NCBI GenBank assembly: GCA_026023565.1
Contig: JAPETS010000031.1
Location: 248,001 to 312,000 of the forward strand
Direction: 5' to 3'
Origin: Cirrosporium novae-zelandiae
Lineage: Eukaryota
DNA length: 64,000 nt
In this document: positions 13,476-24,661 of the stretch, one piece after another
Layout of the letters: each line of letters opens with the position of its first letter
Position numbering within the stretch: position 1 is the first letter of the stretch
The notes under the pieces: generated by a model
The model's input: the letters and a program-made list of their open reading frames with translations, nothing else
Told to the model about the DNA's origin: nothing
Database searches by the model: none
Position numbers and translations under genes: made by a program

Positions 13476-15970
13476 ATGCGCCGTTCAATCGCTGCCTGGG
13501 TACTGGGCTTTACCCATTCTGTTTTGGGTGCAGCTCTGTATCAGAATGTCAGCAATTTCGATGTCTTCCAATACGTGGACCAGCTCATTGGCTCCGACAA
13601 TGGTGGCAATGTTTTTGTGGGAGCAACATTACCATATGGCATGGCCAAAGCTGTCGCCGATGTCGATGGGCAGAATACAGGTGGCTTTGCAATGGATGGA
13701 AGCAATGTTACCGGTTACTCTCATATGCACGATTCTGGCACTGGATCTTACGCTTCCTTGGGTAATTTCCCCATATTTCCTCAGCTTTGTCCGGAGAATG
13801 TACTCGATAATTGCAAGTTCCCCAAATCGGCTAGAGCAACTCCCTACCTGAACGATTCAGTAGAAGCCAGCCCAGGATATTTCGCCATAACACTGGAGAA
13901 TTCCATCCATGCAGAAATGACAGTTACAGAACATACAGCTCTATATCATTTTACCTTTCCTTCCAATCAAACCAGTTCAAATGGAAGCACCATCAATCCG
14001 CTGATTTTGCTAGACCTGACGGACCTAAATGACAGCCGTCAGAATGCTACAATCAGTATAGATTCCACAGGGAGAATGAAAGGCAATGGCACTTTTCTGC
14101 CTAGTTTCGGAAGTGGTTCATTTGTTTTATATTATTGTGCAGATTTTTCTGGAGCTACTCTCCATGATAGTGGAATCTTTGTTAATGACCGTGCCGGCAC
14201 TGAGCCAAAGGAATTGTTTGTTACTCGTGGCATCAATGCTTTCTATATCCAAGCCGGCGGCTTTGTCAGATTCGAAGCTCCAGCAAATGGCACCCTAAGT
14301 GCCAGGGTTGGCGTCAGCTTTATTAGTGCTGATCAAGCATGCACCAATGCTGAGACCGAGATCCCCGGCCCGGATTATGGTTTTGAAGTCTACAGACAGC
14401 GTGCCGAAGATGCTTGGAGAAACAAGCTAAGTCCAATATCCATTCAGTCCGGAGGCGCCAGCGATGATCTGCAGACAACCTTCTGGAGTGGGGTTTATCG
14501 TACCATGGTCTCCCCACAAAATTATACGGGTGAGAATCCCATCTGGCAGAGTTCTGAACCATACTTTGACTCATTCTATTGGTACGTACATCCTTATAAG
14601 ACCCACAGGAGATTTGTGATTGAGAAAGCCGTCTTAGCTGACGCATCATGGTTTGAAGTATGTGGGATTCCTTTCGATCACAGCACCCTTTCCTAAACAT
14701 CGTGGACCCTGAAGCCGAGGCTATGTTTTTGCGAAGTTTGTTAGACACCTATAAGCATTTGGGCTGGCTACCCGACTGCCGTATGAGTCTTTGCAAAGGC
14801 TTTACGCAAGGTGGTTCTAATGCAGATGTGGTTTTTGCAGATGCATATGTTAAGAATATCACCAGTGATATTGATTGGAATCTTGCTTATGAAGCCGTGG
14901 TCAACGATGCTGAAAACGAACCTCTGGACTGGTCCGTTGAAGGCCGTGGCGGCTTGATGAGCTGGAAAAGACTAAATTATATTCCAGCCCTCGACTACGA
15001 TTACCTTGGCTTTGGGACAAACTCACGTAGCATTTCGCGGACGGTGGAATATGCTTATAATGACTTTTGCGTTGCAACCATAGCCAAAGGTTTGGGGAAA
15101 GATTATGAAAAATATCTATCTAGGTCAGGTAATTGGCAGAACCTGTTCAAGGCCGACCAGACCTCCTATATCAATGGGACGGATACAGGTTTCATCGGTT
15201 TCTTTCAGCCAAAGTATTTGAATGAAACTTGGGGGTATCAAGACCCAATCTTGTGCAGCTCCTTGGACGAATTCTGCTCTCTAACTAGCAATCCCCAGGA
15301 AACCTTTGAATCCAGCATATGGGAGTATCAATTGTAAGGTTCATGCTCAGCGGTGAATTTCAGAGTACGACCTAACTAATTAATTCCTCCTAGCTTCGTC
15401 CCCGGGGATATGGCAGCCTTAATTACAACCTTGGGCGGCTCAGAAGCGTTCGTAAATCGCCTAGACTTCCTCCACGAATCCGGCCTCATTGGTATTGGAA
15501 ATGAGCCCTCCTTCCTCACCGTCTTTCAATACCACTACGCCGGCCGCCCCGGTCTATCCGCCCAACGGGTCCACTACTATATCCCCTCCTCCTTCAACGC
15601 CAGCACCGATGGCCTCCCAGGAAACGATGACTCCGGAGCCATGGGTAGCTTCCTTGCCTTTGCGATGAGCGGCCTCTTCCCGAACCCCGGCCAGAACGTC
15701 TATCTAATCACCCCTCCCCTCTTTGAGTCTGTTAGCTACACGCACCCTGTGACTGGAAACGTTGCGACGATTCGAAATGTGAATTTTGATACGGCATATC
15801 AGAATATCTATATTCAGAATGCTACGCTTGATGGAGTGCCGTACTCGAAGAATTGGATTGGACATGAATTTTTTCTTGAAGGGCAGACGTTGGTGCTTAC
15901 GTTGGGAGGGAACGAGAGTAGCTGGGGTACCGGTACGGATGACTTGCCTCCGAGTCTTTCTTCCGGTTGA
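13476..15970 (+). CDS. Secreted GH92 alpha-1,2-mannosidase, 3 exons (13476-14581, 14659-15333, 15394-15970)
   Basis: Signal-peptide-like start MRRSIAAWVLGFTHSVLGA. GH92 motifs GNVFVGATLPYGM, SHMHDSGTG, YCMWDSFRS, TQGGSNAD, SRTVEYAYNDF, GNEPSF and GLPGNDDSGAMGS. Confidence 0.93.
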
Positions 15971-16652
15971 AGTGGTTAGATAGCCGGTAGATAAATTATG
16001 AAGATGCAATTAATTTATTATTAATCGGTATTATTCCTGGGGGTTGTCCCTATTATCGAGTAACTAGTAATTAATTGTAGCATTGATAGATTTCGTGGCC
16101 TTTTCCTCGCCTTGCCCCTTTGTCATCGCTTTGTCATTGTCTTTGATAAAATTCACGGGTTCCCACTCTCTTTCTATCTTTACCGCAAGGTAAGAGTGTT
16201 CATTTCCATCTAACATTAATCAATTGAACTATATGCCTGAAAGCAGAAGTTGCCTTCTTATAATTACCAGGTATTATAAAACGCCACTCGTGGTACATGC
16301 ATACAATCTCATCATCTCATCAACACTTCTACCTCAACGTCAACCTCATGCTTATGACTGACTAATTACCAGTTGTGGAATTAATTGGAATCCTACCAAA
16401 CTATCAAACTACCAAGCCAAGAAAAAACTCTCTTATTTACCTTCTTTCTTTGTTTCGATGACCTCACACATTACTAGACTATAGAATTATCGCCTCAATG
16501 TATATCGCAGTGCAATTCATCCACCTATCCATTACCAACGCTACTACTACGCATCTTTCTCACAACCAATAATTAGATACTTGACAACCTGAAACACAAA
16601 CATCCACACCCAGCTCGCAAAGGACACAAGGTACCTGATCCATATAATAAGC

Positions 16653-18023
16653 ATGGAAGCTCCAGAACTTCCCCCTCTCCCCTACTCCTCCCTCTTCCCC
16701 ATCACTACCCTTGCTATAAAAACCTACCTCCTCTCCCAAAATCCCCAAACGGGTCAAATATCCGGCATCGGCAATTGGCAAATTGCAAACGGCTACACCG
16801 CAATCTGCCTGCACGATCGGTACTCCGGAACCCGGACTTTTGAGGATGCCATTACAGCTGCGTTACAGGTTTATGGCAGTAAGTGTAATGGAAACGGCAA
16901 GAAGATTGGATTCGTGAGGAACGAGTTCAATGATGATGCGTTGTGGTGGGGGTGTTGTCTGGTGGCTGCGTGGAGGGCCTATGGGGATAGAAATGGGGAT
17001 GTGGGTCGGGGGTGGATTGAAAACGCGAGGGGCATTCAGAGGATGCTGGTGGAGGGGGGATTTTGGGTGGAGAAGAGCAGGTTTTCGGTAGGGGATATGG
17101 ATATGGAGGGAGGTGTTTTTTGGACCCGGAGGCCCGAGGAGAGCGCCTTGAATAGCATTACTACCGGGTTGTTTGCGCAGTTGACGGCGGATCTGGCGCG
17201 CATTGAGATGGAGTTGGGGATAGGGGCCGATGGGTGTGTTGGATCTGCAGCAGCAGCAGAAGGTCAAGCGGTGGTGCCGGAGAGTGAGAGAAAGATGCAG
17301 ACGAAGACATCCCATAGTTTCTTCAACAAACTCCAACAGGTATTCCACTCTCAACCAGATACCCACGACAAAGCCAGCACAGCTCCACTCCCCCAACTAG
17401 ATATCCACCTCGCCTCGACCTCTCTCGCCTGGATAATCCGCTGTCGCCTCCACCCCACGAAAAACCTAATCACCGACACCATCAACATCCACACACACAA
17501 CCTCATCGACTGGACCTTCACCTACACAACCGGCCAAACCATCGGCGCCTGCGTCGCGCTCTCCAAACTCGCACCCACACCCACCTCCCACCCACGCACC
17601 TACTATCTCTCCCTCGCAACCGACCTCGCCATAACCGCAATGCAACAAACCAAACAACCCCCCTGGGTCACCCCCGCCGGAATCCTCACGGAACAAACTG
17701 CCTACGGCCCCACGAATCACCGCGCCGACCAGAACAACGACGCTGTCGGTTTCAAATCTATTTTGATCAGGCAGCTCGCTGCGCTTTATGAAGTTTTGGA
17801 TCCTACTTTTACTGACCATGAAAATGATGCGATGGAGGCGGCGAGAATTAGGTGTCTTCTGAGAACGTTTATTAATACCCAATTTTTGGAACTGCAGAGG
17901 GTGAATGTTAATTCTGTGGGTCAGTATGGTCCTTGGTGGGCGGGGCCGTTCGATACTCCGACTAGTCATTCGCAGATGGCGGTTTTGGATGTTATGGCGG
18001 CGGTTATGTTGGTGAATCGGTGA
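16653..18023 (+). CDS. GH76 (alpha-1,6-mannanase / DFG5-type fold) glycoside hydrolase, intronless, no obvious signal peptide
   Basis: Catalytic di-aspartate NEFNDDALWW, plus GGVFW, NSITTGLF, WTFTYTTGQTIG and DAVGFKSILIRQL. Confidence 0.82.
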   Translation: MEAPELPPLPYSSLFPITTLAIKTYLLSQNPQTGQISGIGNWQIANGYTAICLHDRYSGTRTFEDAITAALQVYGSKCNGNGKKIGFVRNEFNDDALWWGCCLVAAWRAYGDRNGDVGRGWIENARGIQRMLVEGGFWVEKSRFSVGDMDMEGGVFWTRRPEESALNSITTGLFAQLTADLARIEMELGIGADGCVGSAAAAEGQAVVPESERKMQTKTSHSFFNKLQQVFHSQPDTHDKASTAPLPQLDIHLASTSLAWIIRCRLHPTKNLITDTINIHTHNLIDWTFTYTTGQTIGACVALSKLAPTPTSHPRTYYLSLATDLAITAMQQTKQPPWVTPAGILTEQTAYGPTNHRADQNNDAVGFKSILIRQLAALYEVLDPTFTDHENDAMEAARIRCLLRTFINTQFLELQRVNVNSVGQYGPWWAGPFDTPTSHSQMAVLDVMAAVMLVNR

Positions 18024-18149
18024 TTTGTGATTGGTGGCTAGTGGGGTTGGGATGGGGTTTGGGGTTTAGGGTGCTTTGACCTGTGGAGGCGTTTAGGGGG
18101 ATTAAAACCTGTTGAGTGATTGTAGTTTACTGTACTGTATTGCATTATA

Positions 18150-19300
18150 AGGTAGAAATAGTGATTAGATTATATTATTATTATATTATTATATTACCCT
18201 CCCTCCCCCCTTGTTTGAAACGGTGAAGATTTTTATTGTAATTGTAATTGTAATTGTAATTGTAATTGTAATTGTAATTGTAATTGGTATTCAGATTTCA
18301 AGAGGTGGAAGAAGAAAAGGAAGAAAAGGAAGAAAAGGAAGAAAGAAGAAAGGAAAGGTTTTATCCATCTAGATTGGGGTGTTGGAACGCCGACTGAGGG
18401 GGGAAAAGGGGCGTTTGATATAATAGATAGACCCATACATAATGTATCTCTATGTCCTGTGTGCGTATATATCTCTCTCTCTCCATACATGTGGGAATAA
18501 TGATAATGATAAAAAGATTGAATTCTTTTTTTTCTTCCTTTTTCCCCTTTTCTTTTTCCCGTTTCCTATTTCCCATTTTTTTTTATTTTAATTTTTTTTG
18601 GTTCTGTGCTTGAAGAAGAAGAAGAAGAAGAAGAAGAGGAAGCGAATATTTATTTATTTTTTTAATTTTATTTATTTATTTATTTAATCCAAGTCAAGTC
18701 GAATATTAAAAGTCGAATGTCGATGGTCAAAAGGGACAACATAGATGGGATAATTAGATTACTTGGGTATATATATATAGTAATAATTGTAATTGTAATT
18801 GTAATTGTAAACTGGATTGTGGGTTTGGTTGTTGGTCGTTGGTTATTGGTTTTGGGGTGTTGGATAACTAACTAGTTAACTAGCTAACTAGCTAGATTTT
18901 TCTTTTTTTTTTTTGGAGGGAGGTGAGGAGGGTATGGGATATAGATCTGTTTTATTGTATTATATTATATGGTATTAGAATAGAATATTTATATTTATAT
19001 ATTAATCCCTTCCATTTATTTTTTTGGGTTTGAAGGAGGAAAGGTGTAGAGGTTGGTTGTGATTGGGATCGTAATTATACTTGGATTTGGAATTGGAATT
19101 GGGGAGTGTGTTCGTTAATTCAATATCGGATATGGGATATGGGATACATTTAATGGAGAGAGAGAGTATTTAAGGTATTCTAGGGCGCATGGGCGGATGG
19201 GCGGATTGGGTGGATAGAGGGTTGGGGGATTGACATTTAAAGGGGTGGAAGACGTGGAAGAAGAGCGGGAAAGGAGGGGAGAGGGTTGGTGTATCGATAT
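18150..19300. repeat. Microsatellite-rich low-complexity intergenic tract: (TTGTAA)8 at 18236-18283, (TTGTAA)4 at 18787-18810, GAAGAAAAG repeats near 18308-18340, (GAA)n near 18612-18635, poly-T runs
   Basis: Read directly from the sequence. Confidence 0.9.
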
Positions 19301-19639
19301 ATAGGGAAAGCTAGCTTCTGGTAATTAACCAACTACAAATCACATGAGAGTATTTTTTTTTCAACCCGAAACCAGGAATTGGTGATTAGATTAGAGCGTT
19401 TTTCTTTCGCACTTGTATTTGTATTTTTTGGGGTTGGGATTGACAATAGAGGGGGAAATACTCCTCTGAAATAAGATTTATCAGACGTAAACTATTATAA
19501 GCAAGTTAATAAGCACATGGTACGGTTTTCAGAGATGGGATGACACCCCTGCCATTGTAACGAAAGCGCCTCATCGTTGTCATGGGATTGGGGTCCGAGA
19601 CATTCATCTCGTCCCGCCTTGTCTCTACACCGTGGATCC

Positions 19640-20332
19640 TCAACCCTTTCGTCCTCGTTTTTGCTTCTTGGCCTTGCCATTCTCGTTGTCATCCTCATCA
19701 GCATCTTCCATATCATCTACACTCCTCTTCGTGGATGTATCGTCGTCATCCTCATCCTCATCCTCATCCCCCACCGACGCCCTAATCAAATCAAAAAACT
19801 CCTTCTCGGTTATAGTCTGAACGCCCAGCTTCTCGATCTTCTCAATCTTCTTGGGTCCCGCATCCTTGCCGATGACCACGTAGCTTGTGTTCTTGCTGGG
19901 TGACGTGGTTACCTTGGCTCCGTGCCGTTCGGCGTAGGCTTTGCTTTTCTTTCGGTCCATGCTTTCGAGAACTCCGGTGAAGACAAGGGTGAGGCCTGAG
20001 AGGCAGGTTGGGGAGCCTTCGGGTGGTATGTCGTCGTCGTCGGACATGTCTTCGTTGTCACCGTCTTCGTTGCTGTTGGAGTAGTCGGGTGCGTTGGTTG
20101 GGTCTGCCTTGTCATCGATATCATCGGGTGCTTCAACAGTGACGTTCCCTCCGATCACCTCCAATTCTAGAACTCGGAATTGGGTCTTGGGGTTCCTTGT
20201 TTCGAGCTTGTTGGCTGCGGTTTTGGCTAACCCGTACGACGCGCACACTTGGTCAATGGCGTATTGCTTCTCGTTCCATTTTCCTGTGGCTGAGGAGCCG
20301 TGCAGGCGGACGACTATGAATACTTTGGACAT
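19640..20332 (-). CDS. Small stand-alone BRCT-domain protein (RFC1/NAD-ligase-type BRCT) with acidic linkers and a basic C-terminal NLS-like tail
   Basis: Intact 230-aa ORF. PEGSPTCLSGLTLVFTGVLESMDRKKSKAYAERHGAKVTTSPSKNTSYVVIGKDAGPKKIEKIEKLGVQTITEKEFFDLI matches the RFC1-class BRCT pattern. Ends KAKKQKRGRKG. Confidence 0.85.
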   Translation of the reverse strand: MSKVFIVVRLHGSSATGKWNEKQYAIDQVCASYGLAKTAANKLETRNPKTQFRVLELEVIGGNVTVEAPDDIDDKADPTNAPDYSNSNEDGDNEDMSDDDDIPPEGSPTCLSGLTLVFTGVLESMDRKKSKAYAERHGAKVTTSPSKNTSYVVIGKDAGPKKIEKIEKLGVQTITEKEFFDLIRASVGDEDEDEDDDDTSTKRSVDDMEDADEDDNENGKAKKQKRGRKG

Positions 20333-21664
20333 TGTTTTGGATGTTTGGTTTTCTGTGAGGGGGTTGGGAGGTTAGTTTTAACTGTGTGTGCTTGGTGGGA
20401 GATGGGTTGCGGTGAGGTAGGGTGAGATGGAGGGATCTTACCTTTTTTTTTTCTTTTTGAAGGAATTGAGGTTGGTTGTTGGTGTAGGCGAGATGCGAGG
20501 TTCGCCTTTTGTTTGCTTTTTGTTGAACTTGAGTTGAGTTGAGTTGAACCGAATTGAAATAGAGGATAAATGTGAATGTCACCACACACACATCTACACA
20601 CACACAAACAATCAATTGAAAGTTCAAGAAAGGTAGAAAAGTAGAGGACAAGTTTAGTAGAAGAATGAATCTCCAAAGTAGAGTAGGAAGAGAAGAGAAA
20701 ATGACTTATAAAGAAGAAGAGAACAGAGTCAAAGTGGGGTCAATTGAAATAGAATAAACTGAAAAGAGAAAGTCGAAATTGGGATTGAATATGACAGCAA
20801 CCGTAGTGGTTGCTGCCTGCCTTTCTGCCTGGGAGCTTAGATAATGCGGGAACGGTGAGGTGAAGTGAAGGAGAAGGAGAAGAAGAATTGATGGGATGTG
20901 GCATGTCGTGTCGCACTTTTTTAGTTTCCCAGCAGGCTACCTCTAGGCAGCACCTACGTCATTGGTCGGTCGGTCGGTCGGTCGATCGCGCGCTGTCATG
21001 TGACCTGTGTCAATTCGATATCTGATTTTGTGTATGGTTCTTTCTTAAATTTATCCAAAATATTCTAGTTATACTATCCAGTCTTGGCACGGTATCTTCC
21101 GGAATTCTTCACAGATACCACAGAAAACTGGACACCTTGATCCTTGGAACCACTAAGAACCCAGTCACCATCGAGTATTTTCTTTTGTTGCCTTTCATCG
21201 GCTTCGGGTAGGCGCTTCGTGCTTTTGGCCATGTTTCTCTTATCGAGCATGTCGCCGAGTTTTACTCGAGTAAGGTTGACTTCTGGCCTGGCGTTGGCCT
21301 GATAAGTGCCTCAACTGAGCATTATCTTAGGTGTTGTAACAGGGATTAAAAGCGTCATGTTAAAAAAATGTAGATTTGTAGGGAAAAAGGTGCTAGCTAT
21401 ATACTCCGTAAAAAAGCCCTGTGCTCGAAATTAATTCTAATTTGGTAACTACAACTAACCGGAAAGGCAACAGCACAGCAGAGTGGACGAGGCCTATATT
21501 TGGGCTATATAGTCTATATGTTCCCCAGTATATGTACTAGCCTTGGGGCTCCTAAGTCCCGTATAAGAACTTAAAAGCGTCCTGGGATGTTTGGAAAGCA
21601 ACAAAAAATGGGTAGGGAGCTAGATTGGGCCCCGTAGCAAAGATCCTCCCGTTTGGTGTCCTGG

Positions 21665-23485
21665 TTAGTCACTGTCTCTTCGAGGTTTCCCTCCCTCATA
21701 CTGGATATCTACCTTCATGGTTTTCACAATATTGCTACCTCCTCCCTTTCCATCGCTAGCGTCCCGTTTCCTATCCTCTACAGCCTCACCCCGTCCGTAG
21801 ATTTCCTCTGTACTCTCATTATCACCATCGTCCATTCTCCCACTCACAATCGTTTCAACCCCTAACCCGTCATCTCTGTTACATCCTTCCCGACTTCCCT
21901 CCATACTCTCTAACGGATAACTATGACCCCGTTTCTTCGACATGCTAGCCCCAAACCGGTCCGAGAAGGGTGGACGGGACCGCGAGGATCGACCGGACGT
22001 CTTGCCGGAGATGAGCCTGGGGAGGTAGCGACGGAGGAGGGGCTTTAGACATGGGAAGCAGGCGCAGCAAATTCCAACGTTGATTTCAATAAAGGACCAG
22101 ACGTATTGGTCCACGACGTTCCATGTGTAGTCGGGGGACGCGAAAAGGGGTTTTAGGAGGGCTGTACGGACAATGGCGGTAGCGCAGACGCTGGGAGGTT
22201 TGGTTAGCTAAAACTCGTGGTTTGACGGATAGCTGACATTTTCAGCGAGGGACCGAAAGTTGATGCTGTGAGGGTGAAAGGATGGTCTACTAACAAGCCA
22301 CCGCTGAGAAAAATAGCAACTAATCCAAATTTCTGTCTTCTCGGCATTTGCAACGGAATCACAATCAGCATTGGGATGATCAAAAGTGTAAAATCCGTGC
22401 AGATGTTGAATATGCTCAAGACCAAAATCACCGAATTTCGGTCGATGCAGTGGGAATTCGTGACGGTCAGGTCCCAGATAGCTTTGACGGGCAGGCAGCC
22501 AAGGATGAGGGTGAGAATACTGCAGAGACAGTAGGAGAAGATGACAAATAGAACAACGTAAAGTGTGACACGGAATGAGCGTTTAGGTGTTAGGCGTAAC
22601 AGAAAGAGGGCAATGGATATTTTTGCAAGCGAAGTTGCTGGGGCGTAGACGGCGGAGGATGCAATCTCCCACTTTTCAGGATTTGAGGTTAGATTTCCAT
22701 ATAGATACAAGTAAATTTACCAGTGGAGGACTGACTGACAATTAAAAAGTTAGGGCTGTAAGTTTCAAATGGTAGATTCCAAATATGGATGCCGATCCCG
22801 TATTGAGCGCCTGGGCGATGACAGGTTAGTAGATGTTAGACTAATAGTAAAATTTGGGACATATTTTGGCCTCCTGATACGACAAGAAACGAATGGTAAG
22901 AAGGTAATGCCCGCAAGATCATAGTCAGGCAAAGCATACGCATCCTTCAAAGCTTCCTGTCGTAGCCCTAATAGGATAGCCATTTCCCTCTAGGCTACCT
23001 GGGAATGTTTTGGCCTATGTGGCTGTCTTGTGGTGAAGAGTGAGAGCAGAAATATGACTTACATTTCAATGTGAGAGCTAGAAATACTATTGACAACATC
23101 TATACTTGCGTATTAATTTCTAACCTGAGCTGCCCGTTCATCGATGGAAAGTAGGCCATACCATGGCAAAAGTTATAGCATCTAATTCAACTCAGATTAA
23201 TTAAGGCCAGAGAGTTTCCATCAAGATAGTAACTGTCGGGCGCTTACAGTCATCCAAGCCTAGACCTCCAGCTACAAAGATTCGCGTATACAACCTTAGA
23301 GACACCAGGAGTAGAGAACATGCTGTACATGACCATGCAGCCCTATACACGGGCGCCGACATATCCTCCGGGTTGGTGTAGTTGGCTGTTACCCCATCCG
23401 GAGGGTCCATCACCGGTGTGAAGGGTGGACTGGGAGTAGCTCGCGGTACCAGAACCTGAGTTGCTGCGTTCAAAAGTCCGTTCAT
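21665..23485 (-). CDS. PTH11-like (fungal rhodopsin-domain, CFEM-less) integral membrane protein, about 6 exons including 20-nt (23181-23162) and 37-nt (23099-23063) exons
   Basis: Splicing gives LRLYTRIFVAGGLGLDDYAITFAMMLSIVFLALTLKCAQYGIGIHIW..., then AKISIALFLLRL, NICTDFTLLIIPM..LQMPRRQK and WSFIEINVGICCACFP, all PTH11-family motifs. Confidence 0.88.
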
Positions 23486-24661
23486 GATTATTTTTCGGCG
23501 GCGTTCCCTTTCTGTACGAAAAAAAAGTTGAGATCAGGAAGTCAGGAGGAAGAATGGATCTGTGGAGTAAAAGGAAAAGAGTAAACTTGAAAAATAAAGG
23601 AGATATCTGAATCCCCTATTATTAGTAGTAGACCTTCAAAGGATTGGAATAGCCATCTAGAAAAAAATGCTGGCAGGAATGTGCCATACGCATATCCAAA
23701 GAGAGGAACAAACAAAAGAAGAGGATCTCGATCATAGGCTTTCAACTGATTGAGGGCAGTGTGATTAGGGGAATCAGAGAAAGCATCCCCTGTAAATGTC
23801 AAGCATCGAACAATTGCTCCACGATACATGAATCGCTTGCAGCTTTGCCACAAGCCTAGTACGTAGTCACATCACAATAAAATCCTGACACAGCAACTGC
23901 GTAGAACAAGATGATGAACGTCGACGGTTGAAAATGGCTATCAATCTTGGTTCTGGGGTTAAAAATTTCCTTTTTGAGCCTTAATTACTATAACCCTAGA
24001 ACCATTATCAGGATTGATTTATAGCAAGGTTATATTAATGATAAGTAAAGAACTATTGGGCAATGTACGAGGAAGTCAGTTTAAAGCATTGATAGAAATA
24101 TGTTAGTCTCAATATAGACCAAGTGACTAAGTTAGTGAGACTTGAGTAGAAGGAAATGATCAGCCGGGGAACTGGGAACTGGACCTGGGATATATGAGAC
24201 CAGGGGTGGCGCCCTTAAGGGGAAAGTGGCTAAACGGTCGGAAATGGGGCGTGTGTTCCTGCAGGAGACGAAGGAAAATATTGTGATGAGAAGACCAAAC
24301 ATTAGGCATTGCATGGAGTAAAACCGGGGTAGAAGCGGTAAAGCGGTAAAAGTACGTCTATTGACTGGACTAGTAACCGAGCCGGAACAATCCGCCCCAG
24401 AAGACAATTTCAACAACAATCCTTCACCATTATGACTCGCTGTCACTCACTTCATCACCCACTAACTGCTGGTGGTCCAGAATACAGCTCTTTGACTTAC
24501 GTTAGTTCTAACTTAGCCCAGATTGTATTTACACGTAAAGTCGTAATGGAATATTTCGAATGGAACATGTCAAGCACAGTTGGCTTGAAACTACGCTAGT
24601 AACGAGATAGTACTTCTTGGGCCAATGCTTCCAGTTCGGAAGTTTAATTTTATCCTAACGA

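Noticed and set aside
16863..17969. Long antisense ORFs over GH76, and similar ones over the TRI12-like MFS, G1 peptidase and AA14
   Set aside because: Shadow ORFs caused by codon bias of the sense gene.
18233..18576. ORFs with LQLQLQ or FFLFF runs, and similar ones at 52966-53896
   Set aside because: They are translations of microsatellites.
21074..21360. About 95-codon minus-strand frame (MTLLIPVTT...*GTYQANARPEV...AKTG) broken by one TGA
   Set aside because: No recognisable homology or splice structure.
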